Assembly: GCA_944358825.1 (NCBI GenBank)
Contig: CALVSA010000001.1
Coordinates: 13,354 to 77,353 of the forward strand
Direction of reading: 5' to 3'
DNA from: an uncultured Bacilli bacterium
Lineage (GTDB): Bacteria; Bacillota_I; Bacilli_A; RF39; UBA660
Length of the DNA stretch: 64,000 nucleotides
Position 1 is the first letter of the stretch. The number at the start of each line of letters is the position of its first letter. The notes under the pieces were generated by a model. It ran no database searches, was not told the origin of the DNA, and saw nothing but the letters and a program-made list of their open reading frames with translations. Below are positions 9,369 through 19,337 of the stretch, piece after piece. The position numbers were made by a program, and so were the translations under genes.

Positions 9369-10607
9369 TTATTTTTCTTCTTCTAGTTTTGTTATTGCTT
9401 TAATTAAGGCTATTTTCCCATATTCATATGTTAATGATCCTTGTTGATATGCAATGTATGGTTCTCTAATTGGTCCATCACAGGATAATTCAATTGAGCT
9501 TCCTTGCGTAAAACTACCAGAGGCCATAATTACTTTATCTGTGTAGCCTGGCATATCCCAATCACTTGGTGTAACATAACTGTCAATAGGGCTTGCACTT
9601 TGAATGGCTTGAACATATTTTATTAATTTATTTTTATCTTTGAAAATTATATTTTGAACTATATCTGCACGTTTTTCATTGTATTTAGGTTCTACCTCAT
9701 AACCTAGTTTAGCCATAACATAACTAGTTAATACTGCAACCTTTAATGATGATGCGACTACTGATGGTGCTAAAAATAGACCTTGTAAAATTGATTTGTT
9801 TGCGCCTAGGCTTGGACCTACTTCTTTGCCTTCTCCTGGTAAATTTAGTCTTTCACTAGCTAGTTTTACATATTCTTTTTTGCCGACTATATATGCTCCA
9901 TTACTAGTAAGTCCACCTCCTAAATTTTTAATTAAAGATCCTACTGCTACGTCTGCTCCTAATTCGATTGGTTCTTCTTCACTTACAAATTCACAATAAC
10001 AATTATCGACCATAATTATTATATTAGGATCTAATTTTTTTATAAATTTAATTACTTGTGATAGTTTTTTAGTATCAATACTTTTTCTGGTCGAATATCC
10101 TTTACTACGTTGTATTTCAATTACTTTAATTTTTTTGCTTGTAATAGCATCTTTAATCTTAAAATAGTCAAAATCACCATCAATTAAATCTATTTGCTCA
10201 TAGATTACACCAAAACTTTTAAGAGAGCTGGGATTATCTTTAATACCTATTACTTCTTCTAGTGTATCATATGGTTTACCTGTAATACTAAGTAGTACAT
10301 CATGAGGACGAAGTAAGGAAAATAAGCATACACATAAAGCATGGGATCCAGATATGAATTGATTTCTTACTAATGCATCTTCGGCTTTAAATATTGAAGC
10401 ATATACTTTTTCAATTGTATCTCTTCCCTCATCATTATAACCATATCCAGTAGTAGAATTAAAATGATTGTCGCTGACTTTATTTTCCCAAAAAGCTGAA
10501 ATTACTTTTTGACTGTTAAATTCACAAAGTTGTTCTATTTTTCTATATTCAGAAGTTAATTTTTCTTCTGCATTATTAATTAAATCATGTATATTCATTT
10601 TTATCAC
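9369..10607 (-). CDS. PLP-dependent aluminium-resistance-family protein (YnbB-like, Cys/Met-metabolism fold).
   Basis: At 412 aa, with overall resemblance to the YnbB / aluminium resistance protein family. I cannot point to a specific PLP-lysine motif. Confidence 0.55.
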   Translation of the reverse strand: MIKMNIHDLINNAEEKLTSEYRKIEQLCEFNSQKVISAFWENKVSDNHFNSTTGYGYNDEGRDTIEKVYASIFKAEDALVRNQFISGSHALCVCLFSLLRPHDVLLSITGKPYDTLEEVIGIKDNPSSLKSFGVIYEQIDLIDGDFDYFKIKDAITSKKIKVIEIQRSKGYSTRKSIDTKKLSQVIKFIKKLDPNIIIMVDNCYCEFVSEEEPIELGADVAVGSLIKNLGGGLTSNGAYIVGKKEYVKLASERLNLPGEGKEVGPSLGANKSILQGLFLAPSVVASSLKVAVLTSYVMAKLGYEVEPKYNEKRADIVQNIIFKDKNKLIKYVQAIQSASPIDSYVTPSDWDMPGYTDKVIMASGSFTQGSSIELSCDGPIREPYIAYQQGSLTYEYGKIALIKAITKLEEEK

Positions 10608-10827
10608 CTAATATATTTATATAATATGGATATCTTTTTGTCAATAGAAAAAACTTAAATATTTATAAGTAACTTTTGCTTTTTTTCCTCCTCATATTAT
10701 TTATTCGTAAAAAATATAGAGATTACTTTTTTTATTTTAAATTTTTTTAGTAAAGTGATTGTTTCTTTTAATGAAACTTATTTTATTTTTATTTATTATG
10801 TTGTATAATAATTTTTAGGTGAGTAAA

Positions 10828-11838
10828 ATGATATATCCAAAATTTATAAAAACAACTAATACTATTGGAGTTACTGCTCCTAGTGATGGAACAAGTAATG
10901 AATTCGATTTAAAAAAACTTAAAAATTCTAAAAGAAAACTAGAAGATGAAGGGTTTAAATTGCGTATTACTGATAATTGTTATACTTCTAGTTTAGGAAG
11001 AAGTTCTTCATCCGTTATAAGAGCTCGCGAGTTAGAAAACTTATTTTTAGATAATGATGTAGCAAGTATTATTGCCTATAGTGGTGGAGATTTTTTAATG
11101 GAAATGTTATCTGTATTAAGATATGATATTATTTGGAATAATCCAAAGTGGATACAAGGTTATTCTGATATTACCGGACTACTTTTTACTATTACAACTA
11201 ATTTAGGAATTGCAACTATTTACGGAAATAATTTTAAAGCTTTTAGTATGCAAACATGGCATGAGTCTTTAGTTAATAATATAGAAATATTAAAAGGTAA
11301 TGTTATTAAACAAAATAGTTTTGATAAATATCAAAAAAATCGTTTAGATAATGATAGCGATTATGAGGTATATAATTTAGATGGTTTAGTAAAATGGAAA
11401 AGTATAGATAATAATAATTGTAATTTTTCTGGTAGATTAATTGGTGGTTGTCTTGATTGTATTTTAAATATTATTGGAACAAAGTTTGATAAAACTAAAA
11501 ACTTTTTAGAGAAATATCGTGATGATGGTTTTATTTGGTATTTTGATATTTTTGATATGAGTTATGAAGATATTACTAGAGCAATATGGCAATTAAAAGA
11601 AGCTGGGTGGTTTAAATATATTAAAGGTGTTGTTTTTGGTAGATTGACTATTGATAAGAGTTTTTATGATATTAGTTTTAATGATGTATTAAAAGATGCT
11701 TTTGAAGAGTTTAATGTTCCTATTTTATATGATGCTGATTTAGGTCATATTCCCCCTCGATTAACTTTAATTAATGGAGCTTTAGCTCAAATAGACTTTT
11801 TTGATAACAAAGCAAGTGTAAAAATGATTTTAAAATAA
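10828..11838 (+). CDS. LD-carboxypeptidase (peptidase S66, LdcA/MccF-like). Start revised to the ATG at 10828; the track used a GTG at 10819.
   Basis: S66 nucleophile motif IQGYSDITGLL and C-terminal DADLGHIPP. An AGGTGA RBS sits 6 nt before ATG 10828, with a TGTATAAT -10 box upstream. Confidence 0.65.
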   Translation: MIYPKFIKTTNTIGVTAPSDGTSNEFDLKKLKNSKRKLEDEGFKLRITDNCYTSSLGRSSSSVIRARELENLFLDNDVASIIAYSGGDFLMEMLSVLRYDIIWNNPKWIQGYSDITGLLFTITTNLGIATIYGNNFKAFSMQTWHESLVNNIEILKGNVIKQNSFDKYQKNRLDNDSDYEVYNLDGLVKWKSIDNNNCNFSGRLIGGCLDCILNIIGTKFDKTKNFLEKYRDDGFIWYFDIFDMSYEDITRAIWQLKEAGWFKYIKGVVFGRLTIDKSFYDISFNDVLKDAFEEFNVPILYDADLGHIPPRLTLINGALAQIDFFDNKASVKMILK

Positions 11839-11897
11839 AATTTGTAAAAAACACTTGCTTATTTTTATAAATTATGATATCATTGATATTGTCTTAT

Positions 11898-11974
11898 GGC
11901 GGATATGGTGAAGTGGTTAACACATTGGATTGTGGTTCCAACATGCGTGGGTTCGATTCCCACTATCCGTCCCA
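11898..11974 (+). tRNA. tRNA-His (anticodon GTG).
   Basis: Anticodon loop GGATTGTGGTTCC carries GTG. The T-arm reads GTGGGTTCGATTCCCAC. An extra 5' G (G-1) is encoded opposite discriminator C73, and CCA is encoded. Length is 77 nt. Confidence 0.85.
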
Positions 11975-11986
11975 CTTTTGTATATA

Positions 11987-12035
11987 ACACCTTTTGGTGT
12001 TTTTTTTTAAAAAAATATCCTATAATAGTAGGATA
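11987..12035. terminator. Bidirectional terminator region between tRNA-His (+) and murD (-).
   Basis: For the plus strand, hairpin ACACC-TTTT-GGTGT is followed by T9. For the minus strand, TATCC..GGATA (12017-12035) is followed by a T8 run. Confidence 0.45.
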
Positions 12036-13430
12036 TTAACTTTTTATTTGATTAACTAGTTTCTTAAACTGTTCTCCACGATCTGCAAAGTTTTTAAACA
12101 TATCAAAGCTTGCACTAGCAGGAGAAAATAATACTACTTCTTTTGCTTTTGCTACTTCATAAGCTTTATCTACTGCTTCTTGTAAGCTGTTTACTATATA
12201 CTTATTTATTTTTTTATTTAATTTTTCTTCCGCTTTAATAGTTGCATTATATATTTTTTCTTTAGTATCTCCCATTAGGATAAGAGAACTTACTTTATTA
12301 ACGATGGGCTGTCCGATTATATCATAATCGATATTTTTATCATAACCTCCTGCGATAAGTACTATTTTCTCATCATAGGAATTAAGTCCAGCGATAGTTC
12401 TAGTTGGTGAAGATGATACTGAATCATTATACCATTTTACGTTATTTATTTCTCTTACATATTCTAATCTATGTTCTACTCCTTTAAAGGTTGTTAAAAC
12501 TTCTTTTACTTTATCTATGTTAATTAGATCTTTAATTGCTGATAGAGCTGTACAAATATTTTCATAATTATGAACTCCACGTAATTTTATGTCTTTAGTA
12601 TCGATAATTTTATTATATTTTTTATCTATTACTTCATATATAGTATTATCTTTAATTAAAAATCCATTATCTAAATTATCATATCTGGAAAAATAACGTA
12701 CTTCGCCATGTGCATAATTACTAAAGTCCTTTACTATTTCATCATTATAATTTAAAATACAAATATCGGTTGGATGTTGATAATCAATAATTGTTCTTTT
12801 TGCTAAAATATATTCATTCATGTCTTTGTGAACATTAAGATGATTTGGAGTTATATTTGTTATTACTGATATATTTGGACTTACACTCATTCCCATTAAT
12901 TGAAAACTACTTAATTCTAAAACTACTATATCATTTTTGTTCATCTCTTTGGCTTTAGTAAATAAAGGTATTCCAATATTTCCTCCTAGAAATACTTTAT
13001 ATCCACTGGCTTCAAGACATTTAGCAATTAAGGTAGTGGTAGTTGTTTTTCCATCACTTCCTGTTATTCCAATTATTTTAGAAGGAACAAGTTTCATTAA
13101 CATCTCTATTTCTGTAGTTACTAATACTTTTTTTTGTATTTCATCAGCAAGTGGTTTTATTGATGGCAGTATACTAGGACTTCTAAAAATAATATCAAAG
13201 CCACTTATATCGTTTAGATAATCTTCGCCTAAAGTAGCAGGAATATTATATTTATTTATTAATTCTACAATGTTTTGATCTAATTTATCTATTGTTTTTA
13301 CATCGTTTATAAAAACTTGTGCTTGATTTTGAATTAAATAATCAACAAGTGGTAAGTTACTTACACCTATTCCTAATATTAATACTTTTTTATTTTTTAA
13401 GCTTTTATTAAACTCATCTAATTTATTCAT
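12036..13430 (-). CDS. murD: UDP-N-acetylmuramoylalanine--D-glutamate ligase (MurD).
   Basis: Mur ligase P-loop GITGSDGKTTTTTLI, an N-terminal Rossmann segment KVLILGIGVSN, and a typical size of 464 aa. Confidence 0.85.
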   Translation of the reverse strand: MNKLDEFNKSLKNKKVLILGIGVSNLPLVDYLIQNQAQVFINDVKTIDKLDQNIVELINKYNIPATLGEDYLNDISGFDIIFRSPSILPSIKPLADEIQKKVLVTTEIEMLMKLVPSKIIGITGSDGKTTTTTLIAKCLEASGYKVFLGGNIGIPLFTKAKEMNKNDIVVLELSSFQLMGMSVSPNISVITNITPNHLNVHKDMNEYILAKRTIIDYQHPTDICILNYNDEIVKDFSNYAHGEVRYFSRYDNLDNGFLIKDNTIYEVIDKKYNKIIDTKDIKLRGVHNYENICTALSAIKDLINIDKVKEVLTTFKGVEHRLEYVREINNVKWYNDSVSSSPTRTIAGLNSYDEKIVLIAGGYDKNIDYDIIGQPIVNKVSSLILMGDTKEKIYNATIKAEEKLNKKINKYIVNSLQEAVDKAYEVAKAKEVVLFSPASASFDMFKNFADRGEQFKKLVNQIKS

Positions 13431-14346
13431 GTTTACCTCCGTAGATACTTTTTTTAATTGTATCTTTGATAACTTTTGTTGAATTTGCTAGTAGTTCTTT
13501 TTCTTCTGTTTCTAGATTTATCTTTAATCTTTCTTTGATACCATCTTTATTTATAACACAAGGAATGCTTATATATACATCGTTTTCTATATCATAAGTT
13601 GATACTGTTATTATTGCGTTTTCGTTATTTAAAATAGCATTAGTTATTCTAACTAGACATGCACCTATTCCATAAGATGTATTTCCTTTTTTACTAATAA
13701 TATCATAAGCAGAATCTCTTACTTCAATGGCTATTTTTTCTTTTTCTTCTTCGCTTAAACTATCTTTAATAGCAATGGTTCCAATGCTTGCTGTAGACCA
13801 AGCGATAAATTCACTATCTCCATGCTCTCCCATCACATAAGCATGAACGTTTTTAGGATTGATTGAAAACTTTTTGGATAATAAATATCGCAGGCGTGCT
13901 GTATCAAGGCTAGTTCCTGTTCCTATTACTTTATTGGCATCCAATTTGGAATATTTATATGTAATATAGCTCATAGCATCTACAGGATTAGTAGCGATTA
14001 AAAAAATACCTTTGAATTTAGTTTTCATAACCTCATCAATAATGTTTTTAAATATTATATCATTTTTATTTATTAAATCTAATCTTGTTTCTTTTGGTTC
14101 TTGATTTGCCCCTGCAGATATCATGATAATATCAGCATCATCACAATCTTTATAATCTCCTCTTTTTATACTCATACTATTAGGAGAATAAGGTAATGTA
14201 TGGTTTAAATCCATTACTTCGCCATCGGCTTTATTGTTATCAACGTCTATTAGTACTAAAGAATCTATATTTACTTTTTGATTTAATAAGGCATATGCAT
14301 AACTCATACCAACATTGCCACACCCTATTATTACTATTTTATTCAT
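13423..14346 (-). CDS. ldh: L-lactate dehydrogenase. Start revised to the internal Met (MNKIVIIGCG).
   Basis: Motif KIVIIGCGNVGMSYAYAL and catalytic-loop GEHGDSEF. A GGGGA RBS precedes the ATG at 14346. The track start at 14379 would overlap the upstream gene by 32 nt. Confidence 0.9.
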   Translation of the reverse strand: MNKIVIIGCGNVGMSYAYALLNQKVNIDSLVLIDVDNNKADGEVMDLNHTLPYSPNSMSIKRGDYKDCDDADIIMISAGANQEPKETRLDLINKNDIIFKNIIDEVMKTKFKGIFLIATNPVDAMSYITYKYSKLDANKVIGTGTSLDTARLRYLLSKKFSINPKNVHAYVMGEHGDSEFIAWSTASIGTIAIKDSLSEEEKEKIAIEVRDSAYDIISKKGNTSYGIGACLVRITNAILNNENAIITVSTYDIENDVYISIPCVINKDGIKERLKINLETEEKELLANSTKVIKDTIKKSIYGGKHE

Positions 14347-14347
14347 A

Positions 14348-15355
14348 TTATTTCCCCGCATTTCCATATACTTTTCCATTTTCTAGTTTTATATTTTTAT
14401 AATAAAATAGCTCACTGACACTTACTATTTTATAGCCTTTTTCAATTAATTTAGGTATTACTATTTCTATTGCATTTGCAGTTGCTGAATATATATCATG
14501 CATTAATATTATATCGCCATCGCTTACTTTATTTAAGATTTTATTAGTTATTTTTTGTGAGTTATGATACTTCCAATCTAGTGTATCTATATTCCATATG
14601 ATAATTGGCATATTGATACTTTTTCTAATTCTACTATTAAAAGAACCATAACTTGGTCTTACTAATTTAGGATATGTATTAGTAACTTCATAAATTAATT
14701 CACTTGTTTTTTTAACTTCGTTAGTGATATCTTCTACGCTTGCATTTGTTAAAAGACGATGGGAATAAGTGTGATTGGCTATTTCCATTCCTGCTTCTTG
14801 CATTAGTTTTATAATATTTTGATTATCTTTAATTCTACTTCCTAAAATAAAGAAAGTTGCACTCATATTGTATTTTTTTAAGCTATTTATTATTTTTATT
14901 GTATTATGATTAGGACCATCATCAAAAGTAAAAGCGATTAGTTTTTGATTATTATTGTTACTTTTATTATTAGTAGTATCAATCTTTATATTGCTATTAC
15001 TCTCAGTAATTTCACTCGTTTTTAAGTTTATATTAAAACTTTTTAATTTATTTACTTCTAATTTATTATAATAGGCATTTTGATAAAATGTTAATATTAT
15101 ATTATCATCTTTTTCTTGATAGTCATAATCTATATATAGTTTATAATCATCTAATAGTTCTATTTGATTATTAAGATAATTGTTTAAATAATTATCTATA
15201 TTGGTGTCGTTAAATACTGGATAATATATTTCTTTATTATCTACTTTATACGTAAAGTTTTTAATATTATTTTCTTTGTTATTTATAAACATTAAAATAA
15301 GAGTAAATAAAATTAAACAAATTATTATTAATATTCTTTTTATAAGTCTCATCAT
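14348..15355 (-). CDS. Polysaccharide deacetylase (NodB homology domain) with an N-terminal membrane anchor.
   Basis: N-terminal TM. NodB motifs IAFTFDDGP and HTYSH are present. Confidence 0.7.
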   Translation of the reverse strand: MMRLIKRILIIICLILFTLILMFINNKENNIKNFTYKVDNKEIYYPVFNDTNIDNYLNNYLNNQIELLDDYKLYIDYDYQEKDDNIILTFYQNAYYNKLEVNKLKSFNINLKTSEITESNSNIKIDTTNNKSNNNNQKLIAFTFDDGPNHNTIKIINSLKKYNMSATFFILGSRIKDNQNIIKLMQEAGMEIANHTYSHRLLTNASVEDITNEVKKTSELIYEVTNTYPKLVRPSYGSFNSRIRKSINMPIIIWNIDTLDWKYHNSQKITNKILNKVSDGDIILMHDIYSATANAIEIVIPKLIEKGYKIVSVSELFYYKNIKLENGKVYGNAGK

Positions 15356-15381
15356 AGTATATTTTATGATGTTTTCTTACA

Positions 15382-15972
15382 TTAATTCTTAATATTGTAT
15401 CCATCAAATTCTACATTAATAAATTTTTTACTTGATAAATAATCACACATGTGAACAAATCTTTGTAATTCAGTAGTTGGTTTAGGCAGTGTCTCTTTTT
15501 TGGTGTATGGATCGTAAGTCCACTGTCCCATATGTGTCTCAATCATTGAACATAATGTTCTAAGCTCATCAGCAGTTAAAGTTAGTTTTTGGCTATTTTC
15601 CATAATAAATTTAGAGATTAGTAATGGATGATCAAAGCGTGTATATTTTTCAGCTTCTAATCCTAATTTTAGTCCATCATGAAGTATTAAAGCCATAATA
15701 ATTAAATCTTTTTCATTATCACTGAATTTTGAACCAATTGTATCGTTATTTAATAACTCGTAAGCAATTCTTACTGCTACTTTTGTATGTTTTACTAAAC
15801 CATTTTTGGTATTTGCAAATTTCGGATGATACTTACCAGTGGACGCGGCTGGTATTGTAAAGAAATAATCTGGAAGTAATCCTACTAGAGTTATTAAATC
15901 TTTTTTCTTTTTGTCATCTTTAATAAAGTCATATTCTTTTTTAAACATATTTGTTTTTTCTGCAATATTCAT
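15382..15972 (-). CDS. HD-domain phosphohydrolase. Start revised to the second Met.
   Basis: H..D metal motif LILHDGLKLG. An AAGAGG RBS precedes the ATG at 15972. The track start at 16005 overlaps mscS. Confidence 0.5.
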   Translation of the reverse strand: MNIAEKTNMFKKEYDFIKDDKKKKDLITLVGLLPDYFFTIPAASTGKYHPKFANTKNGLVKHTKVAVRIAYELLNNDTIGSKFSDNEKDLIIMALILHDGLKLGLEAEKYTRFDHPLLISKFIMENSQKLTLTADELRTLCSMIETHMGQWTYDPYTKKETLPKPTTELQRFVHMCDYLSSKKFINVEFDGYNIKN

Positions 15973-15985
15973 TTTGACCTCTTTT

Positions 15986-16801
15986 CTATTTTTGGATATA
16001 TACATCTAATTTATTATATGGAATTTCGATTTTATTTTTATCAAAAGCATCTTTTATCATTCTAAATACTTTTCTTTTTACACCATAATGCATCATTGGC
16101 AAACAATCAATAGCAATATTATATACTACAGCATTTTCTGATAGTTCATTTAATCCTAGTAATTCAACATCTCCTTTTACATTATCTAGTTTTTTTACTT
16201 CTTCTAATAGATCTGCTAATACTCTTTCGACTTTATCTAAATTACTATCGTAACTAACTGGAACTTCTAATAATAATTTACTAGGAGTTATACTATAGTT
16301 TGTTACTTCGGTAAATGAACTATTGGAAATAAATTTTACTTCTCCAGTATAAGCTTGAATCTTGGTTGTTTTTAATCCGAAGCCTATTATTTCACCAGTA
16401 AAGCCATTTATTTCAACGTAATCTCCAACGGCATATTCATTGTCGAATATGATAAAGATACCCGCTAGTAAGTCTTTTATTATATCTTGAAATGCTAATC
16501 CGATAATAACTCCGACTATTCCAATAGATGCAAGTATTTTAGTAGTATCTATTCCATATACTTCTAAAATAGCTAAAATAACAAAAATTCCTATTACATA
16601 TTTTATTATATTTTTAATAAGAGAAATAATTGTTTGCTTTTTCTTATCTACTTTTTTTCCTTTTACGTTGATTTTTGATAATCTAACGATGATGATTGCA
16701 ATGATATTATAAATGATAATACCTATTAATATATATAATATAGGTAAACAAAATTTATCTGATGCAAAAAAACTAAAAATTGATTCAATTATATTTTCCA
16801 T
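15986..16801 (-). CDS. mscS: Small-conductance mechanosensitive channel (MscS family).
   Basis: N-terminal TM helices followed by an MscS-like beta domain (GEIIGFGLKTTKIQAYTGEVKFISNSSF). Size is 271 aa. Confidence 0.7.
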   Translation of the reverse strand: MENIIESIFSFFASDKFCLPILYILIGIIIYNIIAIIIVRLSKINVKGKKVDKKKQTIISLIKNIIKYVIGIFVILAILEVYGIDTTKILASIGIVGVIIGLAFQDIIKDLLAGIFIIFDNEYAVGDYVEINGFTGEIIGFGLKTTKIQAYTGEVKFISNSSFTEVTNYSITPSKLLLEVPVSYDSNLDKVERVLADLLEEVKKLDNVKGDVELLGLNELSENAVVYNIAIDCLPMMHYGVKRKVFRMIKDAFDKNKIEIPYNKLDVYIQK

Positions 16802-16832
16802 AAATTACAACACCCTTTCTATGTAGATGGTT

Positions 16833-17513
16833 TTATTCGTTCCAACCAATTACATTTCTCTTCTTTTTAATAATATCACTTGTTGAAAGTTCGCTTTTTG
16901 CAAATAATGATGATGATCCAGAAACAAAGATGTCTGCTCCTAATTTGTATAATTTTTCGGCATTTTCTATTGTTATATTGCCATCTACTTCGATTTCGAT
17001 ATCATTTTTATCAGTTTCTTTTAGGAATTTTTTTAGTTCTGCTACTTTTGTCATAGTAGATGGAACCATTTTTTGTCCTGCAAAACCAGGTTCAACCATC
17101 ATTACTAAAATACCATCAATTTGATCTAAATAAGGATTTAAGTTATGAAAATCAGTGCCAGGGTTAATTGCGATAAATTTTTTAGCTCCTAATCTTTTTA
17201 AATAGTTTAAACATTCTTGTATATTATCATTATCTTCATAATGAAAAGCTACTTGGTCATTTTCTCTTATTTCATACCATGTCATTTTCTCTAGTGGATT
17301 TTTTACTAAAAAATGATAATCGAATGTTATATCTGTAATTCTCCTTAAACTCTTTACATAATCTGTTCCTAAAGCCAAATTAGGTACAAATTCACCATCC
17401 ATGATGTCTATATGTAAATATTCAAGTTTACTTTCTTTAAACTCTGTTAAATAATAAAATATTTTATCTAAACTAGCACACATCATTGATGCTGAAAGTT
17501 TTCCTTTTTTCAC
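16833..17513 (-). CDS. rpe: Ribulose-phosphate 3-epimerase family protein.
   Basis: N-terminal KLSASMMCASLDK...LHIDIMDGEFVPNLALG matches the Rpe signature. Size is 226 aa. Confidence 0.75.
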   Translation of the reverse strand: MKKGKLSASMMCASLDKIFYYLTEFKESKLEYLHIDIMDGEFVPNLALGTDYVKSLRRITDITFDYHFLVKNPLEKMTWYEIRENDQVAFHYEDNDNIQECLNYLKRLGAKKFIAINPGTDFHNLNPYLDQIDGILVMMVEPGFAGQKMVPSTMTKVAELKKFLKETDKNDIEIEVDGNITIENAEKLYKLGADIFVSGSSSLFAKSELSTSDIIKKKRNVIGWNE

Positions 17514-17521
17514 ATTATCAC

Positions 17522-18586
17522 CTACTTATTTTTAAACATTATCTTTATTTTATATTTGTTTTTATCTTTTAATACATTAAATGCTTCTTCATATTCTTCT
17601 AAAGTATATGTATGGGTTATTAATCCTTTAAATATGTTATAATTAGCTTTCATAAACTCTAATGCATCTTGCCAATCATTTTTACTACTACTATAACTTG
17701 AATTCCATGTACCTGTTATAGTTATTTGTTTTCTTAATACTTTCCAATAAGTATTTTTTTCTAATTTTAAGTCTTCATGAGGATTACCTACTAAAATTAT
17801 TTTTGCAAAATTACCACATGCGATTATAGATTTTTCAATGGATTCATTACTACCAATTGCTTCGAATACATAATCAAAGCCTTTATTATTTGTTTTATTT
17901 TTTAGCTCTTCTTCTAAATTATTAGTATCAATATAGTTAAATCCTAATTTTTTAATATAGTCAATAGCTGCTTGTCTACGTGCTCCAATGTATACTGTAT
18001 TTCCTTGTACTTTGGCAAACATTGCAATTAATAGACCGATTGTTCCACTACCCATTACTAATACTTTTTTACCCTTTTCTATGTTAAATCTTCTAACTGC
18101 ATGTAGACTTACAGCAGCTGGTTCGCATAGGGCTGCAACATCAAAATCCATGTTATCAAAATAAACTAAATTCCATTTTGGTACGACTAAATACTCACTA
18201 AATGCTCCATCACAGCGAGAACCAAAATAACTATAGTTTGAACATTGGGCATATTCTTCCATTTGACACGCTTCGCAGTTATTACATGGTAAAAGTGGAA
18301 AAACACTGGCTTTTTTACCTAGTAAATCTCGATCTTGTTTATCATATGCACCTACTATTTCTCCTGAAAACTCATGACCTGGTATTGTTGGAAAATGATA
18401 GGTGCCATTTTTAAAAATTCTATCGTTATCACTAGAACAAATGCCACAACATTTTATATGAAGTAATACACTACCCTCTTTTAGCTGTGGAATTTCTACT
18501 TCTTCTAGACGTAAATCGCCTACAGCGTGTAACACTAATGCTTGCATTTTTTTTGGTATTTTTTCAGTACTAATCATTATAACCAA
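17522..18586 (-). CDS. tarJ: Zn-dependent medium-chain dehydrogenase, TarJ-like ribulose-5-phosphate reductase.
   Basis: MDR Zn-ADH motifs GHEFSGEIV and CNNCEAC, and Rossmann GSGTIGL. The AVSLHAVRRF segment matches B. subtilis TarJ SLHAIRRF. The gene is coupled to the upstream TarI-like gene with a 17-nt overlap. Confidence 0.65.
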   Translation of the reverse strand: MVIMISTEKIPKKMQALVLHAVGDLRLEEVEIPQLKEGSVLLHIKCCGICSSDNDRIFKNGTYHFPTIPGHEFSGEIVGAYDKQDRDLLGKKASVFPLLPCNNCEACQMEEYAQCSNYSYFGSRCDGAFSEYLVVPKWNLVYFDNMDFDVAALCEPAAVSLHAVRRFNIEKGKKVLVMGSGTIGLLIAMFAKVQGNTVYIGARRQAAIDYIKKLGFNYIDTNNLEEELKNKTNNKGFDYVFEAIGSNESIEKSIIACGNFAKIILVGNPHEDLKLEKNTYWKVLRKQITITGTWNSSYSSSKNDWQDALEFMKANYNIFKGLITHTYTLEEYEEAFNVLKDKNKYKIKIMFKNK

Positions 18587-19292
18587 CTTCTTTCGCTATA
18601 CTACTTGCAATTTCAAAATCTGATTTACTGGTTATTTTGAAATTGATATCATCACCTTCAATCATATAAATTGGATAATTATTTAATGTACAAACTTGTG
18701 ATGTTCCAGTAATTTTCAAGCGATCTTCCGGACTTATTTTTTCTAATAATGATATGAATAATTTTAATCTAAAGCTATCAGGAGCTTGTCCTTTATAATA
18801 TAGTTTACGTGGTGGTATTTGATCAACTTTGTTTCCTTCTTCTGAAATTAATAGGGTATCACTTACTGGTGTAGCCGCTACTACTGCTCCATATTTTTTG
18901 GCACTATCAATACTATTATTTAATATTTTTTCTGTTACAAAAGGTCTAACTCCATCATGAATTACAATTATATCATCATCTGTTATTTCTTGCGTATTAA
19001 CGATAGTTTTGATTGCGTTATCGATACTATCCATTCTTTCTTTACCACCATTAATAACTACTAAATTATCTTTGTCATTTATTATAAATTTATCAATTAA
19101 GTTGCGTGTATAATCCTCATAATCGTTTGGAACTGTAATGTAGATTTTATTAAATCTTTTGATTTTTAACAAACTTTTTATTGTATAAATTATGACTGGT
19201 TGTCCTTCTATTTCTCTAAATTGTTTTGGTAAAGTTATTCCATCTTTTATTCTTGTTCCTCTACCACTTGCTAATATAATTCCGTATATCAT
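18570..19292 (-). CDS. tarI: IspD-family cytidylyltransferase, TarI-like ribitol-5-phosphate cytidylyltransferase.
   Basis: MIYGIILASGRGTR...LPKQF...DDDIIVIHDGVRPF...YKGQAPDSF closely parallels TarI (MIYAGILAGG...LPKQF...DDDVIVTHDAVRPF...YQGQTPQSF). Confidence 0.7.
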   Translation of the reverse strand: MIYGIILASGRGTRIKDGITLPKQFREIEGQPVIIYTIKSLLKIKRFNKIYITVPNDYEDYTRNLIDKFIINDKDNLVVINGGKERMDSIDNAIKTIVNTQEITDDDIIVIHDGVRPFVTEKILNNSIDSAKKYGAVVAATPVSDTLLISEEGNKVDQIPPRKLYYKGQAPDSFRLKLFISLLEKISPEDRLKITGTSQVCTLNNYPIYMIEGDDINFKITSKSDFEIASSIAKEVGYND

Positions 19293-19337
19293 AATATCTC
19301 CTTTACATATTTATTATATAATTGTTATCTATTATTG

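Noticed and set aside
10819-10827. GTG start used by the ORF track for the LD-carboxypeptidase (MSKM...).
   Set aside because: The AGGTGA RBS overlaps this GTG and sits 6 nt upstream of the ATG at 10828. The ATG start is much more likely.
14348-14379. 32-nt overlap between ldh and the NodB deacetylase as given by the track.
   Set aside because: It is resolved by using the internal Met (MNKIVIIGCG) of ldh, which has its own RBS. The conserved LDH N-terminus begins there.
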